A DNA stretch of 64,000 nt from an uncultured Acidimicrobiales bacterium (GCA_963717115.1 CAVQVO010000011.1:5861-69860); one strand, 5' to 3'; shown: positions 41,730 to 51,940, counted from the stretch's first letter. Program-made: numbers and translations. The notes: a model not told the origin generated them from the letters alone.

Positions 41730-44690
41730 GTGGCGACGTCGCGCCCGACGTGGACCCTCGCGCCGTGGCTGCTCTTCGTCGGTTCGGCCGTTGCGTACTG
41801 GCTCGGGTCACGACTTGCCTTCGAACTCGCCGATCGCTCCGGCCTGGGAGCGGTGTTCTTCGTCCCCGCCGGGATCACCCTGGCGCTCCTCGTCAGGACG
41901 CCGACGTCGAGGTGGTGGCTGGTCCTGGCGGCAGCGGCCGTCGTCGAATTCGGCAGCGACCTCCAGACCGGGCTGTCGGCGCCGTCGGCCGCCGGCTTCG
42001 CGGCAGCCAACGTCGTCGAGCCCCTGATCGGGGCCATGTTGATGCTGCGCTGGGCCGACGCCCGCGTCGGCCTGGCCCGACGGCGAAGTGTTGCCGCCTT
42101 CCTGGTCGGGGCCGTTGCGATCGGGCCGATCGTGGGGGCCGTCTTCGGCGCCACCACCGACTACGCCGCCAATGCCGACGCGTGGTGGGAGACGCTGTGG
42201 CAGTGGTGGCTCGGTGATGCCCTGGCAGTCCTCATCGTCGGCGGCTCCCTCCTGGCCTGGACCTCGCCGCTGACCCGGCTGCCCCGAGCGGGGCGATGGC
42301 GATTCGCTGCCCTTCTGCTCCTCGTCGCCGTCATGCCGGCGACGACCACCGGACTCTCCGATGTCCCGCTCGAGTTCCTGACGACGGCCTTGGTCATCGT
42401 CGCCGGGGGTCTCCTCGGTGCGAGGGGCGCGGCCGCAGCCGCCGCGGTTGCGGCCGTGAGCATGGCGATCGTGCTCGGATTCGAGGACTCCCCCGTGTGG
42501 ATGGGCGTCTCCGACGCCACGGCGTGGGCCACGATCAAGGCCCAGCTCGGGGTGGCCACCATCGCCGGCCTCGCCTTGGCCGCCGAGGTCTACGAGCGAC
42601 AGGCCCACGCCGAAACGGTCGTCATCGCCGAATCCGAACGCCAGAACGCGGCATTCACCCGCCGTGTCCTCGATCAACTGATCAGTTTCGTCACCGTGCT
42701 GACGCCTGAGGGCACGGTGATCGAGACCAATCACGTACCGCTGCGTGCCGATGGCCTGCCCGACCCCGATGTCATCGGTCGACCGGTCTGGGAGGCCCCG
42801 TGGTGGCGATATGACCCTGCGGTCCAGCAGCAGTTGGCCGTGGCCGTCGCCCAGGCGGCCACCGGTGCCTTGGCCTCGTACGACGTTCCGATGCGCATCG
42901 ACGACGTCGACCTGTGGGTCGAGCTCCAGATCAGCCCCCTGCGCAACGACCACGGGACCATCACCCACCTCATCAAGACCTGTACCGATCTCACCGAACG
43001 TCGTGAATCCCAACTGAGTCTCGCCGCGACCGCGGCGGCCGAGCGGGCGACTCGGGAGCGAGTCGAGCTCCTCGGACGGGTTGCGGGCAACCTCGCCGCG
43101 ACCGTCACGATGGAGGACGTCGCCGACGCCGTCCTGGCCGACATCGAGGCGGCCCTCGGGCCCCAGCTGGTGGCGCTCGACGTTCGAGAATGCGACGAGG
43201 TCCACACCTACGCCGGTCGGGCCCACGACCGGAGCGATCTCGGATCCGGCCCCACCGGAGAGATCGCGGTCGGACTGCCGGGTCCGGCGGCGATCGTTTC
43301 CAATCAGCTGATCGTCCTCGACTCGTTCGATGCGATCGTCGAACACTTCCCCGCGGCCGCCGAGGTGGCGAAACGGCACCACGTCGAATCGATCGCCGCA
43401 TTCCCGATTCGTTCCTCGGTCGCCGAAGCCAACGCCACGCTGGTCGTCGGCGCCACCGACGCCGACTGGTTCACCTCCGACCGGATCGAGCTGCTCGACA
43501 GCATCGCAGCCCAGACCGCTCAGGCCATCGGACGGGCACGGCTGCACGCCGAGGTCGTGGCATCCCGTGATCGTGAGCACGCCATCGCCCTTCGCCTCCA
43601 GGATGCGCTGCTGCCCGACGAGCTGGTCGAGCATGTCGACCTCGACACCGCCGCTCGCTACCTGGCCGCAACCGAGGCGCTCACCGTCGGCGGGGACTGG
43701 TACGACACCTTCACCTGGGCCGACGGGCACATCGGATTGATGGTCGGTGACGTCGTGGGCCACGATCTCGAGGCGGCGGCCACCATGGGCCGCCTCCGAG
43801 CCGCCCTGGCTGCCCTCGTACCCCTCGGGCCGCCCGACCCCGCGTCGGTGCTCGACGCACTCGACGCCTGCGCCACCGGACCCGATGGCGCCGAGTTCGT
43901 CACGGCGGCCTGCGTCGTGATCGACCTCGCCGCGAGCCGGCTGGCCTACGCGACCGCCGGTCACCCGCCGCCCCTCGTCGTCACCTCGGACGGTCACGTC
44001 GAACGCCTCGATCAGGCCGTTTCGACTCCGGCGGGACGCCTCACCTCGAGCCATCGGAAGCAGGCCGTCCTCGCCTTTCCGCCGGGGGCGACGGTCGTGC
44101 TCTACACCGACGGTCTGATCGAGCGACGGGGTCTGCCGATCACCGACGGCATCGACCGTCTCGCCGACGCGGCCCAGGCGATCTCGGATCGAAGGGTTCC
44201 GACTGCGATCGAGTGGGTAGACGGTCTGCTCGACCTCATGACCGATGGATTCGTCGGTGACGACGTCGCCGTTCTCGTTGCCCGTCGTCCCTTGGTTTCA
44301 CCCGTGTTCCGTCATCAGTTCCCAGCCGACAAGCGCCACCTTCGAGACCTTCGGCGGCACCTCGGGGAATGGCTTGCGGCGTCGGGAATCGACGAATCGG
44401 CCCGGACCGACGTGTTGCTGGCCGTCGGTGAGGCGGCCACCAACGCCATCGAACATGCCTACCGCAACGTCGGGACGGGGGAGACCGGAACCGTCGACGT
44501 CGACCTCACCCGAACCGGTGACGAGATCATCGTCCATGTCGTCGACCACGGGACCTGGAAACCCGCAGTGTCCGAACCCGGACGAGGACGAGGCACCCCG
44601 ATCATGCAGTCCATCGCCGACCACTTCGAACGCCGGACCGGCGCCGACGGCACGATCGTCACCATGCGCCTGCCCGCGACTCGACGGTGA
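41730..44690 (+). CDS. MASE1-PAS-GAF-SpoIIE(PP2C)-HATPase multidomain signalling protein; start uncertain
   Basis: N-terminal TM bundle (ANVVEPL, WWLGDAL), PAS, VGGDWYD, GDVVGH, LYTDGLIE and EAATNAIEHAY. Confidence 0.9.
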   Translation: MATSRPTWTLAPWLLFVGSAVAYWLGSRLAFELADRSGLGAVFFVPAGITLALLVRTPTSRWWLVLAAAAVVEFGSDLQTGLSAPSAAGFAAANVVEPLIGAMLMLRWADARVGLARRRSVAAFLVGAVAIGPIVGAVFGATTDYAANADAWWETLWQWWLGDALAVLIVGGSLLAWTSPLTRLPRAGRWRFAALLLLVAVMPATTTGLSDVPLEFLTTALVIVAGGLLGARGAAAAAAVAAVSMAIVLGFEDSPVWMGVSDATAWATIKAQLGVATIAGLALAAEVYERQAHAETVVIAESERQNAAFTRRVLDQLISFVTVLTPEGTVIETNHVPLRADGLPDPDVIGRPVWEAPWWRYDPAVQQQLAVAVAQAATGALASYDVPMRIDDVDLWVELQISPLRNDHGTITHLIKTCTDLTERRESQLSLAATAAAERATRERVELLGRVAGNLAATVTMEDVADAVLADIEAALGPQLVALDVRECDEVHTYAGRAHDRSDLGSGPTGEIAVGLPGPAAIVSNQLIVLDSFDAIVEHFPAAAEVAKRHHVESIAAFPIRSSVAEANATLVVGATDADWFTSDRIELLDSIAAQTAQAIGRARLHAEVVASRDREHAIALRLQDALLPDELVEHVDLDTAARYLAATEALTVGGDWYDTFTWADGHIGLMVGDVVGHDLEAAATMGRLRAALAALVPLGPPDPASVLDALDACATGPDGAEFVTAACVVIDLAASRLAYATAGHPPPLVVTSDGHVERLDQAVSTPAGRLTSSHRKQAVLAFPPGATVVLYTDGLIERRGLPITDGIDRLADAAQAISDRRVPTAIEWVDGLLDLMTDGFVGDDVAVLVARRPLVSPVFRHQFPADKRHLRDLRRHLGEWLAASGIDESARTDVLLAVGEAATNAIEHAYRNVGTGETGTVDVDLTRTGDEIIVHVVDHGTWKPAVSEPGRGRGTPIMQSIADHFERRTGADGTIVTMRLPATRR

Positions 44691-44710
44691 TCGTCGATCC
44701 CGGCTCGCCG

Positions 44711-44737
44711 GTTTGGGAATCGAGACGTATGGGGTAG
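44711..44737 (+). promoter_or_regulatory. SigF/SigB-type promoter
   Basis: GTTT-N17-GGGTAG, 8 nt before the ATG at 44746. Confidence 0.6.
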
Positions 44738-44745
44738 GCCACGCC

Positions 44746-45015
44746 ATGGCCATCGCCGCGGGGTCGCCCTCGCAGATCAGCCCCGATCCCTCGGTCACCG
44801 ATCATCGTGGTTCGGGTGATGCCATGACCGGTGCCCTGGCCGTGGCGCTCCTCCGCGGGCTCGATCCGCCATCGCTCCTGGCCCTCGGCTGTGGCGCCGG
44901 CTCCGCCAGCGCCACCCGCCACGGGCTCGCCACCGCGGATGCCCGGCTCATCTCGGAACTCGCGGCACGCTGCCACGTCGAGGCACTCCCACCACGTCGG
45001 GCGGCGCATCGCTGA
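44746..45015 (+). pseudogene. C-terminal remnant of a PfkB-family sugar kinase
   Basis: DHRGSGDAMTGALAVAL...GAGSASATRHGL is the PfkB C-terminal signature; the rest of the enzyme is absent. Confidence 0.7.
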
Positions 45016-45100
45016 TCGGCTCCTCGCAATCGATCGTGCGGTTCGCCGGCGACTCGCCTCGGCGCTGCCCGGAGCCGATGGACCGGTCTACCGTCGCCCC

Positions 45101-45511
45101 ATGCACATCGAGAACCTGGCGCTGATCGTCACGGACCACGACACCGCCATTCACTTCTTCGTCGAAGCGCTGGGATTCGAGCTCGTCGAGGATTCTCCGG
45201 CCTCGACCAACGACGGCCGACCGAAGCGATGGGTCGTCGTGCGTCCGCCCCTCGCGCAGACCGGGCTGCTGTTGGCTCGAGCCGACGGCGAGCATCAGGA
45301 GGTCGCCGTCGGCGAGCAGTTCGCCGGGCGCGTTGGGCTCTTCTTGCGGGTGGACGACTTCGAGATGGCACGACGACGGATGCTCGACCATGGTGTCGAG
45401 TTCGTCTCCGAGCCCCGAGACGAGCCGTACGGTCGCGTGGCCGTCTTCCTCGACATCGAGGGCAACCGATGGGATCTGCTCGGACCTCCGAGTCGGATGG
45501 CCTCCGGGTGA
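45101..45511 (+). CDS. VOC/glyoxalase family protein
   Basis: KRWVVVRPP and EPYGRVAVFLDIEGNRWDL. Confidence 0.9.
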   Translation: MHIENLALIVTDHDTAIHFFVEALGFELVEDSPASTNDGRPKRWVVVRPPLAQTGLLLARADGEHQEVAVGEQFAGRVGLFLRVDDFEMARRRMLDHGVEFVSEPRDEPYGRVAVFLDIEGNRWDLLGPPSRMASG

Positions 45512-45657
45512 TGCCGGCCGTTCGGCCACTCCGCTGGAGCTTCCTGCCGAACCACGTCACCCCGGGATCTCCGGCTCGCCGATCGGGGGCGGGAACGCCC
45601 CCGGTCGGCGACACACGTCCTGGTGCGACCCCGGAAGCGTTCGTCTACCTTGTCGCC

Positions 45658-46926
45658 GTGACTGTGTTGATCGCCGGTGGCGGCATTGCCGGGTTGACCA
45701 TGGCGTTGACCTGTCATGAGATCGGTGTGGACGCCGTGGTGCTCGAGTCGGTCCGGACCATTGCCCCGCTCGGTGTCGGGATCAACCTGCAGCCGAACGC
45801 GATCCGGGAGCTCTTCGACCTGGGGTTCGCCGACGACCTCGACGGCATCGGGGTCGAAGCCGACGAGTGGACGCTTGCCGGACGGAACGGCAAGGTGGTG
45901 TGGTCGGAGCGGCGAGGACGTTCGGCCGGGTACCGCTGGCCTCAGTACTCGGTTCATCGGGGCGAGTTGCAGATGCTGCTCTATCGAGCGGTCCGGGAGC
46001 GGCTCGGGCCGGATGCCATCCTCACCGGCCACCGAGTGACCGGCTACCAGAACACGCCCGACGGCGTCATCGCACACGTCGACATCCGCGACGGGGGGAC
46101 CGCAGAGTTCCGCGGCTCGGTCCTCCTCGCAGCCGACGGTTTGCACTCGGCGGTGCGAGCGCAGATGCATCCGGGTCAGCCCGAACCACAGTGGGGTGGG
46201 CAGGTGCTCTGGCGTGGCGCAACCCACGGCCCGCCGATTCGATCGGGCGCCGGGTTCACGCTCGTCGGGACCCTCGATCAACGCTTCGTGCACTATCCGA
46301 TCTCGTCGATCGACCCCGAGACCGGCCTCCAGTTGCAGAACTGGATCGCCGAACTCACCCTCGATACCGGCGACGGGGTCGCCGCCAGCTGGAACAAGCA
46401 GGTCGATGTCGACTCCTTCCTGCCCGCCTTCGTCGACTGGTCGTTCGACTGGCTCGACATTCCTGCCCTCGTTCGCAGCACCCCGGCGGTGTGGGAGTAC
46501 CCGATGGTCGATCGTGATCCCGTCGACCGGTGGGTCGATGGCCGGACCTGCCTGATCGGCGATGCCGCCCACGTGATGTATCCCGTGGGGTCGAACGGTG
46601 CGAGCCAGGCGATCGTCGATGCCCGAGTGATGGGTGCCGCATTCGTCGAGGCGGGTGTCTGGCCCGCCGCCCTCCGGGCGTTCGAAGACAAGCTGCTCGC
46701 ACCCATGTCGGAACTCGTGCTGCGCAACCGCGGCCACGGTCCGATCGGCATTCTCGGAATCGTCGACGAGCGGTGTGGTGGCTGGTTCGACGACATCGAC
46801 GACGTCATCGACCGCAGCGAGATCGAGGCGTTCATGTCCAACTACAAGGCGGCCGCCGGTTTCGCCGTCGAGGCACTGAACGCCGCACCCCCCACGATCG
46901 AACCCGGCGCGACCGTCCGGTCGTGA
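45658..46926 (+). CDS. FAD-dependent monooxygenase (PhzS/salicylate hydroxylase-like)
   Basis: IAGGGIAG, AADGLHS and IGDAAHVMYPVGSNGASQA. Confidence 0.92.
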   Translation: MTVLIAGGGIAGLTMALTCHEIGVDAVVLESVRTIAPLGVGINLQPNAIRELFDLGFADDLDGIGVEADEWTLAGRNGKVVWSERRGRSAGYRWPQYSVHRGELQMLLYRAVRERLGPDAILTGHRVTGYQNTPDGVIAHVDIRDGGTAEFRGSVLLAADGLHSAVRAQMHPGQPEPQWGGQVLWRGATHGPPIRSGAGFTLVGTLDQRFVHYPISSIDPETGLQLQNWIAELTLDTGDGVAASWNKQVDVDSFLPAFVDWSFDWLDIPALVRSTPAVWEYPMVDRDPVDRWVDGRTCLIGDAAHVMYPVGSNGASQAIVDARVMGAAFVEAGVWPAALRAFEDKLLAPMSELVLRNRGHGPIGILGIVDERCGGWFDDIDDVIDRSEIEAFMSNYKAAAGFAVEALNAAPPTIEPGATVRS

Positions 46927-47059
46927 GCCGATGTCGACGACGTGGGCGATGGGCCACAGCACCGCCGCGACCAGTACGAGCGTCGCCGCCAGCCGGTTTC
47001 GGGCCGGGAGCCAGCCGGCCACTCTGAGCACGACGAACCCGTAGGCGATCGCGCTCGCT

Positions 47060-47294
47060 GCCGAGTTGGTCAGGGCGCGCGACGACGGTCGGCTCGTCGG
47101 ACTCACCGGCCGCGAGGCCGACGTCCTCGAACTCATGCGCGGGGGCTGTCGAACAGCGCGATCTGTCGGGAACTGCACCTCAGCATCAAGACCGTCGAAC
47201 CGGTGATCAGCTCGATCTTCGCGAAGCTCGGGCTCGAAGCCGACTGCACGACCAACCGACGCGTCCTCGCCGTGGTCGCCTACCTCCGGCCTGA
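47060..47294 (+). pseudogene. C-terminal LuxR HTH remnant of a NarL-type response regulator; frameshift near 47137
   Basis: LTGREADVLELM|RGLSNSAICRELHLSIKTVEPVISSIFAKLGL...NRRVLAVVAYL, with no receiver domain or start. Confidence 0.75.
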
Positions 47295-47489
47295 CTCCCC
47301 GTATCCTCCGACAACGGACTCGGGCTCGGTCGTCTCGGCCCCGAACGAGCGTCGGTGTTCCGGTCGATGGGACTGCCCCGGAACTCGAGTCGTGCGCCGG
47401 GCTGCGGTCGTACGGCCCAGTGGTCGATTCCTTGCCCGTGATGTCCGTGGCCCTCGACGTCACGTGGTGCTTGGCCTACGGTCGCAGCC

Positions 47490-48056
47490 GTGAGCGAGAA
47501 CCTGCGCAACTACGTCAAGGCCGTGTACTCCTTCGAGCATGTGCTCAAGTCGGCGAAAGACTCGGTGTTTCGCAAGAAGGCGCCATGTGCCGGGTGGACC
47601 GGCGAGGACGTTTACGTACACGCGATGGGCAACCTCAAGATGATCCACGCCTTCGCCACGACCGGTCACGGTCCCAAGACGTCACCGAAGCTCGGCAAGG
47701 ACCCCATTGGGGCCTGGGAGAAGTTGCGGGATCAGACGCTCGAGGCGCTCGACCAGCCCGGTGTGCTGCAAGGCACCGCGCACGAGCCGTTCGGGCCCGA
47801 GTTCGGCTCCGTGCCCGTCGACAGCCTCGTCGGTTTCATGGCGGCCGAACTCGCGGTGCACGTGTGGGACATGGCGAGAACGGCGAAGGTCGACGAACGC
47901 CTCGATCCCGCACTCGTGCGGTTCGCGAATGTCACCTGGCGGTCACTCGGCGAAGAGGTGCTGAGGGGGGACGGCATGTTCGGACCACGCATCCGCTCCG
48001 AGCGAACCGCCGACGCCCAGACCAAGCTCCTGCAGTTCCTCGGCCGTCACGTCTGA
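47490..48056 (+). CDS. TIGR03086-like (MDMPI/DinB superfamily) protein
   Basis: PCAGWT...H, VHVWDMAR and LLQFLGR. Confidence 0.85.
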   Translation: MSENLRNYVKAVYSFEHVLKSAKDSVFRKKAPCAGWTGEDVYVHAMGNLKMIHAFATTGHGPKTSPKLGKDPIGAWEKLRDQTLEALDQPGVLQGTAHEPFGPEFGSVPVDSLVGFMAAELAVHVWDMARTAKVDERLDPALVRFANVTWRSLGEEVLRGDGMFGPRIRSERTADAQTKLLQFLGRHV

Positions 48057-48106
48057 GGAGGGGCTCCCAACGTCGAGCGACGCGCCGCGGCGTCAGCGGC
48101 GGGTGA

Positions 48107-48736
48107 TCAGAATTGGGGTATCGCCGGTGCGTCGGGTCGGTCTCGGTCGTGGGCTGGGTCGTCGTGGGGCAGCGTGCCGGCGAACCAAGCGTCTCGCTTC
48201 CAGTCGGGAACGGGTGGCTCGTGATCCTCGGTCGGGACGAACTGCGACCTCTCCACCAGTTCGTAGTGATGGACGTAGCGACGGCAGTTCGCGAACACGG
48301 CCTGCGTCGTGACCCGAACGATCATCGTGGCCCCGGCGTACTGCTCGAGCCGAAACGGATCGTGATCGTCGATGCTCGCCACCCCGTTGAGACGCAGTCG
48401 GGATCCTGTCTCGAAATCGATGAACAACATGCCCACCTGTGCGTTTGCGACCAGGTTGCCTGCCGTGAGGAACATCCCGTTGCCGTCATAGACGGGGAAC
48501 GAGACCGCAGTCTCGTCGATGACCTTCACGAACCCGGGCTCGCCCCCCTTGTAGGAACACTGGGGTGCGCCACGCTCGTCGGCGGTGGCGATGAAGAACA
48601 TGTCGCGCGCCTCGATGAACGCCCGATGAGTTTCGCTGATGTGATCGCTGGACGCTTCTGCGAGCCGGTCGGCGAGTCGTCTCGTGTCGAAGCGGTCCTG
48701 GAAACCCCGTTGAGCCGAGTGATAGTCCTGTCCCAC
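48107..48736 (-). CDS. Pyridoxamine 5'-phosphate oxidase-like FMN-binding protein
   Basis: MFFIATAD, CSYKGGEPGFV, YDGNGMF and NCRRY. Confidence 0.9.
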   Translation of the reverse strand: MGQDYHSAQRGFQDRFDTRRLADRLAEASSDHISETHRAFIEARDMFFIATADERGAPQCSYKGGEPGFVKVIDETAVSFPVYDGNGMFLTAGNLVANAQVGMLFIDFETGSRLRLNGVASIDDHDPFRLEQYAGATMIVRVTTQAVFANCRRYVHHYELVERSQFVPTEDHEPPVPDWKRDAWFAGTLPHDDPAHDRDRPDAPAIPQF

Positions 48737-48867
48737 AACTGACCCCCCTTGTCGATGACCCGAACACTAGTCCTCGACCGTTCGATACGAGGTCGGCCCG
48801 GTGCGGTCGACGGCCCCGTCGTTTTCATGGCGGCCGATGTCGTCGTGGATCTCTCGGTCCGCCACCC

Positions 48868-49830
48868 TCACCCCCTACCCAGGTCGAACATCGTCACCTT
48901 GGCGGCTCGGCCGCCGAGGCTCGCGTAGAAGGCCAGGGCGTGCGAGTCGTCGTCGTCGGCCGGCACGAACACGACATCGATCCCGCGATCGGCCGCACCG
49001 GCGACCAGCGCCTCGACGAGTCGTCGGCCGATGCCACGACGCTGATGGTCGGCTCGGACGGCAAGGTCGTAGACGAACAGCTCCGTGCGTTCGTCGCGTG
49101 TCATCGCGAGCTCGTGGCCGGTGATGCATCCGATCGCTTCCCCGTCCTGGAAGGCGCCGATCGCCCAGAACGAGGCGTTGGCGAGCAGACCGGCCACGTA
49201 GTCGTCGGACAACACCTCGTGGTCTTCGTCGAACACGTCGTGCATCATCTCGAACGCGGCGCGGGCCTGCGCTACGTCGCCCACTCCGAGCCGTTGGAGC
49301 ACCACGCCGCCCGGGCCCACGCCCGGGCCGGCCACACGGGGGCTGATCGTCCAGTAGTCACGCATCAGATCGTGCGACCAGGCTGGTTGGCGGACCGGGG
49401 TCCTCGGAGCGAACTCGACCAGGTAGGGCTTGAGATCGAGGACGGGGGTGCCGTCGATGGCGTCGAGCCCTCGGACGGTCACGACCCGTCGATCGACGTC
49501 GACGATCTCGCAGGTCGTCACACCGATTCGGTTCGGTCGGCCCTTCGCTCGCTGGGCGAAGATGCCGACGCGCGGCCAGTCCGATCTCCCGCGCGGGTGG
49601 CGGGCGCCGACGGTGATCGTCGCCTCGTCGACCTGGTCGAAGCGATACACGACCTCGAGGTGGGAGAACTCGTCGAGTCCGGTGAGCGCATCGGTCGGGA
49701 AGCGGTCGTCGAGGACGATCTCGCTGCGCACGTCGCCCCAGTCGTCGTCGATCGACTCGGTGCGTCCGCCTCGAACGATTCCGATCGGAACCACGGTGAG
49801 AGCATTCGTGCGAATCGGCGGCGTCGTCAT
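48868..49830 (-). CDS. Fusion of a TrmO/TsaA-like SAM-binding methyltransferase and an AAC(3)-I-like GNAT acetyltransferase
   Basis: GIFAQRAKGRPNRIG and LDAIDGTPVLDLKPY, a Gly/Pro linker, then ELFVYDLAVRADHQRRGIG...PADDDDSHALAFY. Confidence 0.85.
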   Translation of the reverse strand: MTTPPIRTNALTVVPIGIVRGGRTESIDDDWGDVRSEIVLDDRFPTDALTGLDEFSHLEVVYRFDQVDEATITVGARHPRGRSDWPRVGIFAQRAKGRPNRIGVTTCEIVDVDRRVVTVRGLDAIDGTPVLDLKPYLVEFAPRTPVRQPAWSHDLMRDYWTISPRVAGPGVGPGGVVLQRLGVGDVAQARAAFEMMHDVFDEDHEVLSDDYVAGLLANASFWAIGAFQDGEAIGCITGHELAMTRDERTELFVYDLAVRADHQRRGIGRRLVEALVAGAADRGIDVVFVPADDDDSHALAFYASLGGRAAKVTMFDLGRG

Positions 49831-49990
49831 GGGAACACTCTTCATCGTCCTTCGGGTCGACCGACCATCACGCCGGTGGCTCGTCCACAGGAGAACACTC
49901 GACGGAATCTCAGCACACCGAGTGACTGATCGCGGGGAATTCGTGGTTGCTCCCGTCGGTCTGGTCGCGCAACAGCGAGCGATCGGTTCC

Positions 49991-50374
49991 CTACCCGACG
50001 ACGCAGAACTCGTTTCCCTCTGGATCCTGCATCACGGTGAGGTCGCGATTCGGCAGCTCGTCGACCACGGTCGCACCGAGAGCGACCAAGCGCTGCACCT
50101 CCGAGGTGCGGTGGCCTGCTCTGACGTCGATGTGAACCCGGTTCTTGACGACCTTCGATTCTGGAACCTCCTGGAACCACAGTCGGGGTCCGGTCGGTGC
50201 CTCGAGGAGCACGGTTGGATCGTCGTCGAGGTCGGTGATGCCGAGTAGTGCGAGCCGGGCGACCTCGTCTTCGTCATACGGCGCGACCTCGTAGTCGTCG
50301 AGCACCTGCGACCAGAACCGTGCCAGCGACGCCGGGTGGCGGCAGTCGATCACGATGTCGGCGAGTGCGGCCAC
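49991..50374 (-). CDS. VOC (glyoxalase-like) protein
   Basis: IVIDCRHPASLARFW, KNRVHID and QDPEGNEFC. Confidence 0.88.
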   Translation of the reverse strand: MAALADIVIDCRHPASLARFWSQVLDDYEVAPYDEDEVARLALLGITDLDDDPTVLLEAPTGPRLWFQEVPESKVVKNRVHIDVRAGHRTSEVQRLVALGATVVDELPNRDLTVMQDPEGNEFCVVG

Positions 50375-51012
50375 GTCCACATCGTGCCACGCCGCTCGTT
50401 CGGCCACCCGGGGCCGGCGGGTCGGGCGTCGGTCCAGAACGTCAGAACCAGCACGGCCGCGCCGGCGAGTGCGAGCGAGATCCAGATCCCCGCACTGCGT
50501 GCCCAGTCCTCGTGCGGCCAGATCGGGAACAGGGGAGCGTGGTCGTCGGCCGGCCGTGCCAGGGCGAGCCCGAGGATCAGCGGCGAGACGACACCGGCGA
50601 TTCGGTGTCCCGGCTCGGAACGGCCGCGTTGGCGCATCAGGCAGCCGGTGGCGTAGCCGAGCATCGATGCGGCGAGGCCCTGCAGTGCGAACAGTCGAAG
50701 ATGGTCCGGTAGGTCTTCGCGTATCACGACGTGAACCGAGATCCAGGTGGCGACCAACACGACTGGCGACAGCGAGCGCGCCGCGCTCCGCCACCAGAGC
50801 GGTCGGGAGGTCACGTCGACGATGGGAGCGCATCGCTCGTCCACTGCCCATGCCGACATGCCGGCGATGACGCCGATCGCGCCGCCGCGCAGCGGCCACA
50901 TCGAGTTCGGCCACCGGGCCACGATCACGAGGAGTCCGATCGTGGTCGCGGCCGAGCCGGCCAGGAGCCTCCAGGAGGTCGCAGCGCGGAGGTAGACGAA
51001 GGTCGATCGCAT
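50350..51012 (-). CDS. ABC transporter-associated membrane protein
   Basis: Multiple TM helices; last gene of the ECF/ABC operon. Confidence 0.75.
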   Translation of the reverse strand: MRSTFVYLRAATSWRLLAGSAATTIGLLVIVARWPNSMWPLRGGAIGVIAGMSAWAVDERCAPIVDVTSRPLWWRSAARSLSPVVLVATWISVHVVIREDLPDHLRLFALQGLAASMLGYATGCLMRQRGRSEPGHRIAGVVSPLILGLALARPADDHAPLFPIWPHEDWARSAGIWISLALAGAAVLVLTFWTDARPAGPGWPNERRGTMWTWPHSPTS

Positions 51013-51025
51013 GCCGGGACCGACC

Positions 51026-51940
51026 TCACCCACCCCAGGAGCTGCCCGCACCAGGGAGCGGGTTGATGATGGTGTCGGCGATGCCGGTCCACATCGCGAG
51101 CAAACAGGTACCGACGGCAACGGCGACGACGACGCGCAGCCACACCGTCGTGCGGCGCAGGTGCCGATCATCGTCGTGTCGGACCGCGACGAGGGCACCG
51201 ATCGCGCACAGCGAGAGGAGGTACACCACCCACCACTGCGGCGACCCGCTCAACACCAGCGATCGCTCCGAATCACCGTCGATGCCGAACGGGCCACCCC
51301 AGTACGTCCATGGCATCGCGACGCGGATGCGACGGAGTGGTTCGAAGAGGCCCTGGAAGACGATGCAGAGCGCGACGAGCCCGACCGATGCGGCGATCGG
51401 GGCGGCGCGCCAACTCGTGTGGCGGGCGATCACCACACCGAGGATCGGGCCACCGAGGCAGCTGATCGCGCCGGTTCCGAACCAGACCGCAGCGACCCAG
51501 GTATCCGACATCATCGCTGCGTAACCGTTGGACGGCGGTGGGTTGGTGTGGAACCGGATGATGGTGGCTGCGACGAAGCCGGTGCCGGCCACGAACGGCA
51601 GGAAGCACGCCGTGAGATGTGCGACCGTCCGTGTCGCTTCGGTGACGGGAGTCGGGCCGGCGGCACGAGCGCAACGATCCGAGGCCCAGACCCGGAGCGT
51701 GCTGGTCGAGATGCCGAGCAGCCCCATGAGCGCGGCCGGTGCGATCAGTGCGAGTTCGTCGACGGGTTCGTCGGCATCGAGGTAGGGGAGGAGCGCGGCG
51801 TAGGTCAGGAGCACGCCCAGAACGAAGAGCGGATGACGGAGGTATCGCCCGAACTCGATCAGCGCGAGGTCGCGCCAGGCGGCGGACGATCCCGACGGTG
51901 CCGATGCCACCGGACGGACGGCGTACGTTTCGGCGGTCAT
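51026..51940 (-). CDS. ABC transporter permease-like membrane protein
   Basis: About six TM helices; ATGA overlap with the ATPase gene. Confidence 0.78.
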   Translation of the reverse strand: MTAETYAVRPVASAPSGSSAAWRDLALIEFGRYLRHPLFVLGVLLTYAALLPYLDADEPVDELALIAPAALMGLLGISTSTLRVWASDRCARAAGPTPVTEATRTVAHLTACFLPFVAGTGFVAATIIRFHTNPPPSNGYAAMMSDTWVAAVWFGTGAISCLGGPILGVVIARHTSWRAAPIAASVGLVALCIVFQGLFEPLRRIRVAMPWTYWGGPFGIDGDSERSLVLSGSPQWWVVYLLSLCAIGALVAVRHDDDRHLRRTTVWLRVVVAVAVGTCLLAMWTGIADTIINPLPGAGSSWGG

